This document shows, one piece after another, positions 53,897-61,868 of a stretch of 64,000 nt of DNA. A program made the translations under genes and the position numbers. Under the pieces are notes generated by a model. It had not been told where the DNA came from and did not search any database. It saw only the letters and a list, made by a program, of their open reading frames with translations. The DNA lies in contig CAWHGL010000004.1 in the NCBI GenBank assembly GCA_963828965.1, positions 140,533 through 204,532 of the forward strand, read 5' to 3'. The first letter of the stretch is position 1; each line of letters begins with the position of its first letter. Source of the DNA: an uncultured Chloroflexia bacterium (GTDB lineage: Bacteria > Chloroflexota > Limnocylindria > Limnocylindrales > CSP1-4).

Positions 53897-54277
53897 GTGA
53901 TCGACCAGACGACCCTGTACGCGCGCGCCGGCGGCATGGCGTTCTTCGAGGCGCTGGTCAGCGCGTTCTACGCGGGCGTGGCGAGTGATGACGTCCTGCG
54001 GCCGCTCTATCCGGAGGCCGACCTCGCCCCCGCACAGCACCGGCTCACCCTGTTTCTTGCCCAGTACTGGGGCGGTCCGCGGACCTACGACGAGGAGCGC
54101 GGGCACCCACGGCTGCGGATGCGCCACGCGCCGTTCGCCATCGACGGCGCCGCACGCGATCGCTGGCTCGTTCACATGCGCGCGGCGCTGACCACGGTCG
54201 CGCCGCCCGACGACGTCGCGGCCGAGCTCGAGGCGTACCTGTCGATGGCCGCCGAGGCGATGCGCAACCGCGACTGA
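53897..54277 (+). CDS. glbO: Group II truncated haemoglobin (trHbO)
   Basis: Lies in ORF 53741..54277, from the GTG (VIDQTTLYARAGGMAFFEALVSAFYAGVASDDVLRPLYPEADLAPAQHRLTLFLAQYWGGPRTYDEERGHPRLRMRHAPFAI). This is a near-canonical GlbO sequence. Confidence 0.85.
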   Translation: MIDQTTLYARAGGMAFFEALVSAFYAGVASDDVLRPLYPEADLAPAQHRLTLFLAQYWGGPRTYDEERGHPRLRMRHAPFAIDGAARDRWLVHMRAALTTVAPPDDVAAELEAYLSMAAEAMRNRD

Positions 54278-54292
54278 CCACTCGCGGGCCTG

Positions 54293-54941
54293 TCAGTGCA
54301 CGCGCAACCAGGTAAGGACAGCGAGGACGCGGCGATGGTCGTCGGTCTGTGGCTCCAGCCCGAGCTTCGAGAAGATGTGGGCGACATGCGTCTCGACCGT
54401 CTTCTCCCCGACGCCGAGCGCGGTCGCGATCGCCCCGTTCGAGCGGCCCTCGGCCATGAGCCGGAGGACCGCCGTCTCGCGCTCGCGTGAGCTCGACCAG
54501 CGCGTCGCGGTCGCGCCGCCGGCCGACGAGCACGGCCACGACCTCTGGATCGATCGCCGTGCCGCCGCGCGCCACCCGCCGAACCGCGTCGAGCAGCTCA
54601 TCGACGTCGGCGACCCGGTCCTTGAGCAGATAACCGACGCCGGTCCGACCATCGGCGAGGAGGCGCACGGCATGGGCCGGCTCGACGGCCTGCGACAGGA
54701 CGACGACCGGCGTCGGCGGGGACGCGGCCAGCAGCGCCTCCGCCGCCCGCAGCCCCTCGTCCGTGAAGGTCGGTGGCATGCGGATGTCCACGATCGCGAT
54801 GTCGGGCCGGCTCGTCGCGACCAGATCGAGCAGCGCGGTCGCATCGCCCACGGCGCCGACGACCTCGAACCCACCGTCCCGCAACACGCGGGCGACGCCT
54901 TCGCGCAGCAGGACGTTGTCCTCGGCTAGGACGACGCGCAT
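54293..54941 (-). pseudogene. NarL/LuxR-family response regulator, one frame change between receiver and HTH
   Basis: The receiver MRVVLAEDNVLLREGV...PDIAIVDIRMPP... is in the frame of ORF 54045..54941. The HTH RERETAVLRLMAEGRSNGAIATALGVGEKTVETHVAHIFSKLGL is in ORF 54293..54874. The change is near 54490 (ALVELT / RERE). Confidence 0.8.
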
Positions 54942-56738
54942 GGCAGCTCCACCACGATCCTCGTCCCGCCATCCGGTGGACTCGTCAGCCGGAACGTGCC
55001 GCCGAGCGCGGCGACCCGATCCTCGAGACCGCGCAGTCCCGTCCCGCCGTCGGTCGACGCACCGCCGCGACCGTCGTCGGTGATCTCGAGGCGGAGGTCC
55101 GGCCCGTCGCGCCGAGCGCGGACGTCGACCCGCGTGGCATCGGCATGCTTCGCCGCGTTGGTCAGCGCCTCGGCGACGACGAAGTAGGCGGTCGCCTCGA
55201 CGGGCGGCGGCAGCCGCCCCTCCACCGTGCTGTCGACCGTGACCGGCACGAGCGACCGTTCGGCGAGCGACGTCAACGCCGCGCTGAGCCCGGCCTCGGT
55301 CAGGATGGCCGGATGGACGCCGCGGGCCAGCTCGCGGATCTCGGTCACGGCGGCGCGGGCCTCGGCGGAGGCGGCGTCCACCTCGGCGAGCACGGCGGGA
55401 TCCGTACCGTCGTCGAGCTGGCGGCGAAGCAGCTGCAGCGACAGCTGGAGCGAGACGAGCCGTTGCTGGGCGCCGTCGTGCAGGTCGCGCTCCAGCCGGC
55501 GGCGCTCGACATCCTGGGCCTCGACGATGCGGGCCCGCGACGCCCGCACGTCGTCCAGCTGGGCCAGCACCTCGGCCTGCAGCCGCTCGTTCTCGACGGC
55601 GAGACGGATGGCGGCGACGGCCGCCGCGACGAGGCCGGGGTCGTCGCGCAGGGCCGGGTCGAGGGCGATGCGCAGGCCGGGCGCCTCGGCTCCGGTGTCA
55701 TCGATGGCGACGACCGCGCGGGCCGGACCGTCGTCGGGCGGCGTCGCCGGCCGGCCATCGGCATCGCGAAAGCCCGCGAGGGCCACGTCCCAGCGATAGA
55801 CCTGCACCGACGGGTCGCCCAGGGCATCGCGCAGCGACGTTTCGAGCACGGCGATCGACGGGAGATCGCCCAGCCCGATGACGAGGTCGGCGATCCGTCC
55901 CCGTGCCGCGGTGTCGCGCAGCACGCCAAGCAGGAGCCCAACGGCGACGCCGATCCGGAGGATGGCCAGCACGAGGACCCGCAGCTCGCCCTCCGCGGTA
56001 CGGGCACTGGCCGGCACGAGCGTCTGGAGCAGGAACCCGCCCGTGAACCCGAGGGCGAGCACGACGCCCGCCGCCACGACCGGCGCCCGCCGCCGACGGG
56101 CGGCGCCGCTCGCCTGCGCCCAGCGGACGATCAGGAGCCCAAGGACGCCGAGGCTGAGCGCGGTGAGCGCCGCGGTCTCGACCCGGCCGATCGTGAGCCA
56201 TCGCGTCCTGGGCGGCGATCCACGCGTCGACCGTGTCGAGGCAATCGGGGCACGGCCACCAGGCGATGGGCGCGAGGGCGACCGCCTTGGTGAGCGTCCA
56301 GCCGAGCTGCACCGCGACGAACCCGATGGCCAGGAGACGCTCCGGGCGCCGCTCGAACCGGCCCGTCGGGTAAGCCAGGATCACGAGCGCGAACAGCGGA
56401 TCGAACCATCCGTGGGTCGTCCCCCCGAGAAAGGCCACGACCGCCGAATCGGCCGAGGTCGCGTCACCCGCGAACCAGGCGAAACCGGTCAGCACGGCCA
56501 ACGGCCCGATCCGGTTGCCGGGTCGCTGGTCGGCGATGATCAGGCCGGTCGCGATCATCGACCAGCCGACCGCGACATCCGCCAGCAGCAGGGCCGGGCT
56601 GCGGGGCGCGGTCAGCGTGAGCTGCGCGGTCGCAACGGGCCCGAGCACGAGCGCGGCGACGCCGATGGCCAGGAGCCAGAACCGTCGCGTGGTCGACGAT
56701 GCGGTCACGGTCGCGGTCGACATCGCCGCCCGCGTCAT
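54926..56738 (-). pseudogene. NarL-type sensor histidine kinase (membrane sensor + HisKA_3 + HATPase_c), one frame change
   Basis: The N-terminal membrane domain is in the frame of ORF 55698..56738 (ADQRPGNRIGPLAVLTGFAW, LAYPTGRFERRPERL). The remainder is in ORF 54926..56077 extended upstream (WLTIGRVETAALTALSLG...ERRRLERDLHDGAQQRL...AEALTNAAKHA...GTGLRGLEDRV). The change is near 56215. Confidence 0.8.
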
Positions 56739-57121
56739 CGGGCGCCTGCCAGGACCGCGCCGAGAGCGGGGCCGTCCAGGTCGCCCTTCGCGACGAACCC
56801 CCGAGCGCCACTCGCGCTGATCCGGTCGCCATAGGCCCGCGCATCCCGGCTCGACACGAGCACGACCGCGGGCGCGTCGCCGTCATCGTCGCGTGCCGCC
56901 AGGCGGTCGCTGACCACGAACCCGTTCATGTCGGGCAGGCCGATGTCGAGGACGACGACGTCGGGTCGGAGCGTGGCCGCCAGCCGGACCGCGGTCGCGC
57001 CGTCGGCCGCTTCGCCGACGATCTGCCATCCGTCGGCCTCCAGGACGCGACGCAGGGTGGCGCGGAAGCCGGCGTGGTCGTCGACGATGAGCACGCGCCG
57101 GGCGGCGGCCTCGGTCGTCAT
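56735..57121 (-). CDS. Stand-alone CheY-like receiver domain protein
   Basis: 128 aa, from MTTEAAARRVLIVDDHAGFRATLRRVLEADGWQIVGEAADGATAVRLAATLRPDVVVLDIGLPDMNG, within ORF 56735..57499. It has ATGA overlaps on both sides. Confidence 0.8.
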   Translation of the reverse strand: MTTEAAARRVLIVDDHAGFRATLRRVLEADGWQIVGEAADGATAVRLAATLRPDVVVLDIGLPDMNGFVVSDRLAARDDDGDAPAVVLVSSRDARAYGDRISASGARGFVAKGDLDGPALGAVLAGAR

Positions 57122-57597
57122 CCGACCGGCTTCCAAGGTCGGGTACCGAGCTCGGTGAACCAGTCGGTATCGTCCGGGATGTCCGACGAGACGAAGACCG
57201 TCCACAAGGCGTCGCCGTCGATCCGCCAGCGGTGCTCGCTCGTCCCCCAGTCGGGTGGCCACGAGGTGGCGATCGTGAGCGTGTCGCCGGCGACCGTGTA
57301 GGTGCCGCGTACGGCCGGACCGCGTTGCGGCTGACCATCGAGCGGGATCTGGATCTCGGCAAAACGGCCGTCGGGACCGAATACCCAGTCGATGCGCACG
57401 TGGCCCAGGTCCGGGTTCGTGATCTCCTGCGTGTAGGCGCCGAACGGGAACCCGCTGGCCGGGTCCGTGCCGCGCGCCGGTGCGGTGCCGCCGACGCACG
57501 CCGCGATGACGAGCACCACGACGAGGGCGATGCCAGCGGCACGCGACAACGCGCCGAACCGCCGTCCCCGCCTCGTGTCATCCGGTCCGCTGCGCAC
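57118..57597 (-). CDS. Hypothetical lipoprotein
   Basis: 159-aa ORF. It has a signal peptide with the lipobox VIAAC and no recognised domain. Confidence 0.55.
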   Translation of the reverse strand: MRSGPDDTRRGRRFGALSRAAGIALVVVLVIAACVGGTAPARGTDPASGFPFGAYTQEITNPDLGHVRIDWVFGPDGRFAEIQIPLDGQPQRGPAVRGTYTVAGDTLTIATSWPPDWGTSEHRWRIDGDALWTVFVSSDIPDDTDWFTELGTRPWKPVG

Positions 57598-57778
57598 GCT
57601 CTGCCTCCGATCGCCCCTCGTTCACGACCCGACCCAACGATACGGACCGCCGTCACCCCGGCGTCAGGGCCAACCCGGAGACCGACCCCCGGCTCGCCCG
57701 GACGACGTCGTCGCCGTGGCGGCGGACGCTGGATCCAGCACGTCGGCGATGGTCGCCGACGGATCGAGGAGGCGGACC

Positions 57779-58741
57779 ATGCGTCGCATCATCAGCATCG
57801 TCGCCGTCGCGGCAACATTCACGCTTCTCGCAGGTTGCGGGGGCGCCGGATCGTCGCCGGCGGCCACCAGCCCGGCAGCGGCCGACACCTCGGCCGCCCC
57901 GCCCGCGAGCCACGACCCGGCCGCGACCCCTGGGGCCGCGTCGAGCGGGACGGATCTCCTGGCCGACGTGGACATGGGCGGCGGCCGGACCATGCACCTC
58001 CTCTGTGTCGGACCGACGACGCCCGGCCGGCCGACGGTCATCTTCGAATCGGGCCTCGGCGGGGACGCCGGGCAGTGGAGCGACGTCATCCACGAGCTCG
58101 ACGGCTCGGTCCGGGCGTGCGCCTACGATCGCGCGGGGGACGGACAGAGCCCGCCGGTCGCCGGCGGGCGGACGACGACCGACCAGGTCGCCGATCTGCG
58201 CGCTCTGCTGACCGCCGCGAAGATCCCGCCGCCGTACGTGCTGGTCGGCTACTCCGTCGGGGGCTGGAACGTGATGGTCCATGCCGACGAGCACCCGGAC
58301 GATGTCGTCGGGGCCGTCTTCGTCGACGTGCGGCCGCCCGCTGCCAGCCAGCGCTGGCTCGAGGCCCTGCCGCCCGAGGCGTCAGGCGAGCCCGAGGCGA
58401 TCCATCTCACCAGGACCGACCCGGTGACCTTCGAGCAGGACCCAGCGCAGAACCCCGAGGGGCTGCTGATCGCGGACAGCGCGGCCGAGGCGCTCGGGAC
58501 CGACGACTTCCGTGATGCGCCGCTGGTCGTCCTGGCCGCCGGCGACACGAGCGGCGTCAGCGAGGGGTTCGATGCCACCCTCGGCGCGACGATGGTCCGC
58601 ATCTACTGGGAACTCCAGGAGGAGCTCGCGGCGCGATCGACGGCCGGCAAGCTGGTCAAGGTCGACGGGGCGACCCACGAGATGCCGTTCGAGCGCCCGG
58701 ATGCCATCGCCGATGCCATCCGCGAGGTGCTCGGCGGCTGA
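57779..58741 (+). CDS. Secreted alpha/beta-fold hydrolase lipoprotein
   Basis: Lies in ORF 57467..58741, from MRRIISIVAVAATFTLLAGC (lipobox). It has the nucleophile elbow GYSVGG and a C-terminal ...DGATHEMPFERP. Confidence 0.75.
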   Translation: MRRIISIVAVAATFTLLAGCGGAGSSPAATSPAAADTSAAPPASHDPAATPGAASSGTDLLADVDMGGGRTMHLLCVGPTTPGRPTVIFESGLGGDAGQWSDVIHELDGSVRACAYDRAGDGQSPPVAGGRTTTDQVADLRALLTAAKIPPPYVLVGYSVGGWNVMVHADEHPDDVVGAVFVDVRPPAASQRWLEALPPEASGEPEAIHLTRTDPVTFEQDPAQNPEGLLIADSAAEALGTDDFRDAPLVVLAAGDTSGVSEGFDATLGATMVRIYWELQEELAARSTAGKLVKVDGATHEMPFERPDAIADAIREVLGG

Positions 58742-58798
58742 TCGGACCGCCATCGCAACCACCCGGCCCGGGGTCCTCCCTCCCGGGCCGGTACACTG

Positions 58799-60568
58799 GT
58801 GCCCGGCGGGTGGTACGGCAGGCGGAGGGCGGCATTGGCGGACACCGAGGGGTCAGCGACACACCCTGATCGGGGCAAGACGGTGCACGGCGAGGCCGCG
58901 AATGCCGGGCACCGGGTCCTCGCCCCGGACGACGCCGAGGTGGAGGCGTATCTCGAGACCGCGCTCAAGGCCCCGTCCCCCGAGCGCTCTGACGCCGACG
59001 CGACCGACGGCCCGGTCGTCGTCCTCGACTTCGGCAGCCAGTTCGCCCAGCTCATCGCGCGACGCGTGCGCGAGCTCGACGTCTACTCGGAGCTGCTGCC
59101 GCACGACACGTCCTACGAGGAGCTCGAGCGCCGCGGCACGCGCGCGATCATCCTGTCCGGCGGTCCGATGTCCGTCTATGACGAGGGCGCCCCGCGACCC
59201 GACGGCGCCGTCTGGAGCGGGCGCATCCCGGTGCTGGGCATCTGCTACGGGGCGCAGCTCATGGCCCACGAGCTCGGCGGTGACGTCCTGCCGGCGTCGC
59301 ACCGCGAGTACGGTCCGGCCAACGTCGTCATCACCAGCCCCGATGCGGCGCTGTTCGCCGGCATCGATCGCGACCAGCCCGTCTGGATGAGCCACGGCGA
59401 CTCCATCACGCGGCTGCCCGAGGGCTTCAGCCCGACGGCCCAGACCGACAGCACGCCCTTCGCCGGGCTCCAGGCCGCCGACCGCAACCTGTACGGCATC
59501 CAGTTCCACCCCGAGGTCGTGCACACCCCGCGCGGCCGCGACGTGCTGCGCAACTTCGTGGTCGGTATCGCCGGGGTCACGCCGTCGTGGACCGCCGCCA
59601 ACTTCATCGACACGACCGTCGCCGGCATCCGCGACCGGGTCGACCGCCACGCCGTGGCCACCGGGTCGGATGGCAAGGTCATCTGCGCCCTGTCGGGCGG
59701 CGTGGACTCGGCCGTCGCCGCGGCGCTCGTCCATCGGGCGGTCGGCGACCGGCTCACCTGCATCTACGTCGACCATGGGCTCATGCGCAAGAAGGAGTCG
59801 GAGCTCCTGCGCGTCACCTTCGAGCGCGATCTCGGCATGAACCTGGTCATGGTCGATGCGCGCGAGCGCTTCCTCGCCCGGCTGGCCGGCGTCGAGGATC
59901 CGGAGCAGAAGCGCAAGATCATCGGCGACGAGTTCATCCGGGTGTTCGAGGAAGAGGCGCTCAAGATCGGCGCCATCGACTTCCTGACCCAGGGCACGCT
60001 CTATCCCGACGTCATCGAGAGCGCGACCTCGGAGACCAAGGCCGCCCAGAAGATCAAGACCCACCACAACGTCGGCGGCCTGCCGGCCGACCTGCGCTTC
60101 CAGCTCATCGAGCCGTTGCGCTACCTGTTCAAGGACGAGGTCCGCAAGGTCGGCCTGGAGCTGGGCCTGCCCGAGGCGATGGTCCTGCGCCAGCCGTTCC
60201 CGGGCCCGGGGCTCGCCATCCGGATCATCGGCGAGGTCACGGCCGAGCGGCTCGACACGCTGCGCGAGGCGGACTGGATCGTCATCGACGAGATCAAGGG
60301 TGCGGGGCTGTACCGCTCGCTCTGGCAGAGCTTCGCGATCCTCACGCCGATCAACAGCGTCGGCGTGATGGGCGACGGGCGGACCTACGCCAACGTCGTC
60401 GCCATCCGCGCCGTCACGAGCGAGGACGGCATGACGGCGGACTGGGCCAAGCTCCCCTACGACGTCCTGGGCAAGATCTCGTCGCGCATCGTCAACGAGG
60501 TCCCGGGCGTGAACCGGGTGGTGTACGACATCTCCTCCAAGCCGCCGGCGACCATCGAGTGGGAGTAG
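58799..60568 (+). CDS. guaA: GMP synthase (glutamine-hydrolysing)
   Basis: The GATase part is [20 protein letters not shown]...GICYGAQLM...QFHPEV. The ATP-PPase P-loop is [10 protein letters not shown]. The C-terminus is [10 protein letters not shown]. The roughly 70-aa N-terminal extension in the ORF is probably not translated, so the true start is uncertain. Confidence 0.95.
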   Translation: MPGGWYGRRRAALADTEGSATHPDRGKTVHGEAANAGHRVLAPDDAEVEAYLETALKAPSPERSDADATDGPVVVLDFGSQFAQLIARRVRELDVYSELLPHDTSYEELERRGTRAIILSGGPMSVYDEGAPRPDGAVWSGRIPVLGICYGAQLMAHELGGDVLPASHREYGPANVVITSPDAALFAGIDRDQPVWMSHGDSITRLPEGFSPTAQTDSTPFAGLQAADRNLYGIQFHPEVVHTPRGRDVLRNFVVGIAGVTPSWTAANFIDTTVAGIRDRVDRHAVATGSDGKVICALSGGVDSAVAAALVHRAVGDRLTCIYVDHGLMRKKESELLRVTFERDLGMNLVMVDARERFLARLAGVEDPEQKRKIIGDEFIRVFEEEALKIGAIDFLTQGTLYPDVIESATSETKAAQKIKTHHNVGGLPADLRFQLIEPLRYLFKDEVRKVGLELGLPEAMVLRQPFPGPGLAIRIIGEVTAERLDTLREADWIVIDEIKGAGLYRSLWQSFAILTPINSVGVMGDGRTYANVVAIRAVTSEDGMTADWAKLPYDVLGKISSRIVNEVPGVNRVVYDISSKPPATIEWE

Positions 60569-60655
60569 GGCGACCCCGCGCGTAGCCCGGCCGGGCAGAC
60601 GACCCCGGACCTGTGGGGTATTCCGGAGCCAGCGCGAGGCGGTAGCATTCCGCCC

Positions 60656-61294
60656 ATGGTCGACCAGACGCCCCCTGCGGGTGAGCCCACCGCGTCCATC
60701 TGCCCCTGGTGCTCGGCGACGTACGACGGCGCGCCCGAGAACTGCCCGTCGTGTGGCGCCACCCTGACCGGTGATGCCGCCACGGATCCCTCGCTGCCCG
60801 GCCTGACCGCGATCGACGCGGCGGCCATCGTGCGCGCCAAGGAGCCGGTCAAGCGCCAGCGCAGCCGTCTCCTGTCGTGGATCAGCGGCGACTACCCCGA
60901 CGAGGCGCCGACCACCGGCGATGCCGGGGCGCTCGCCCCGCCCGACATCGACGTCCGCCGCGAGATCCTCCGCCTCGAGCTCGAGGCGGAGGTCGCCAAC
61001 CTCCAGGCCGAGGCCGACGCGATGCGGGCCGAGGCGACCGTCGAAGGCCGGCTCGACGACGCGACCCCCGAGGACGCCGCGGCCGCCGACGCTGTCGTGG
61101 CCGAGCTCGACGCCGTGTCGGCCAACCTCGATTCCATCGACGAACGCATCGAGCACGATCCGCTCGGCGCGGACGCCGAGACCGTCGAGGCCGCCGTTCC
61201 CGCCGATGCTCCGGCGCCCGACGCCGCCGCCGACACGGCGACCGCCGCCGACGCGACGACGCCCGACGACGAGGCCACGACCACCACCGCCTGA
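60656..61294 (+). CDS. Hypothetical zinc-ribbon protein with acidic, Ala-rich C-terminal half
   Basis: 212-aa ORF. The ribbon is CPWCSATYDGAPENCPSCG, followed by a helical/acidic low-complexity region. Confidence 0.5.
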   Translation: MVDQTPPAGEPTASICPWCSATYDGAPENCPSCGATLTGDAATDPSLPGLTAIDAAAIVRAKEPVKRQRSRLLSWISGDYPDEAPTTGDAGALAPPDIDVRREILRLELEAEVANLQAEADAMRAEATVEGRLDDATPEDAAAADAVVAELDAVSANLDSIDERIEHDPLGADAETVEAAVPADAPAPDAAADTATAADATTPDDEATTTTA

Positions 61295-61370
61295 CCACCT
61301 CCGGCGCCGCGCCGCGGCGCCGCCAGGAGCCGCGCACGGTGCTGCGGCGAACGCCCGCTATCCTTCCGCG

Positions 61371-61829
61371 GTGCCCGACCGTCTGCCCCCGCCCGGTCCG
61401 TCGTTCCTGCGTGAGCACGAGGTCCGCATCGGCGACCGCGTCCTGCGCGCGGGCATGGCCCGTCCGTCCGACGCCCCCGACGGTTGGTGGCTGACCCTCC
61501 TGTGGGTCACCGATGACGACGGCGTCGTCAGCTTCCGCGACGTGGCTCCGGCCGCCGGCCCGCCGCCCGATCCACCGCTGGCGCGCCTCGGTCCGGCGCT
61601 GGCCGGGGCGTTGAGCGGGATGATCCTCGAGGACGCCGGGCGGCTTCAGCTGCGGGTCGGTGCCCTCGTGCCGCCCGACGACGTCACCCGCCCGTGGCGG
61701 TCGCCGCTGGCCATCCGGGCGGCCTTCCGCTTCGAGCCGGCGCGGGCCGCGGCCATGCGGCCCAACGAACTCGCGGACACCGTCCTCGCCGCGTTCCGTC
61801 GCGCCGTCGAAGGCCTGGCCAAGCCCTGA
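61371..61829 (+). CDS. Hypothetical protein
   Basis: This is the 3' part of ORF 60921..61829, from the GTG (VPDRLPPPGPSFLREHEVRIGDRVLRAGMARPSDAPDGWWLTLLWVTDDDGVVSFRDV...). The upstream part of the ORF is Pro/Arg-rich shadow. Confidence 0.4.
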   Translation: MPDRLPPPGPSFLREHEVRIGDRVLRAGMARPSDAPDGWWLTLLWVTDDDGVVSFRDVAPAAGPPPDPPLARLGPALAGALSGMILEDAGRLQLRVGALVPPDDVTRPWRSPLAIRAAFRFEPARAAAMRPNELADTVLAAFRRAVEGLAKP

Positions 61830-61868
61830 CGGCCCCTGCGACCGGGAACGGCTAGACTCGCGGGGCTG

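Noticed and set aside
58853-61156. 767-aa minus-strand ORF
   Set aside because: It runs antisense to guaA, whose + strand translation is near-canonical. It is a shadow ORF.
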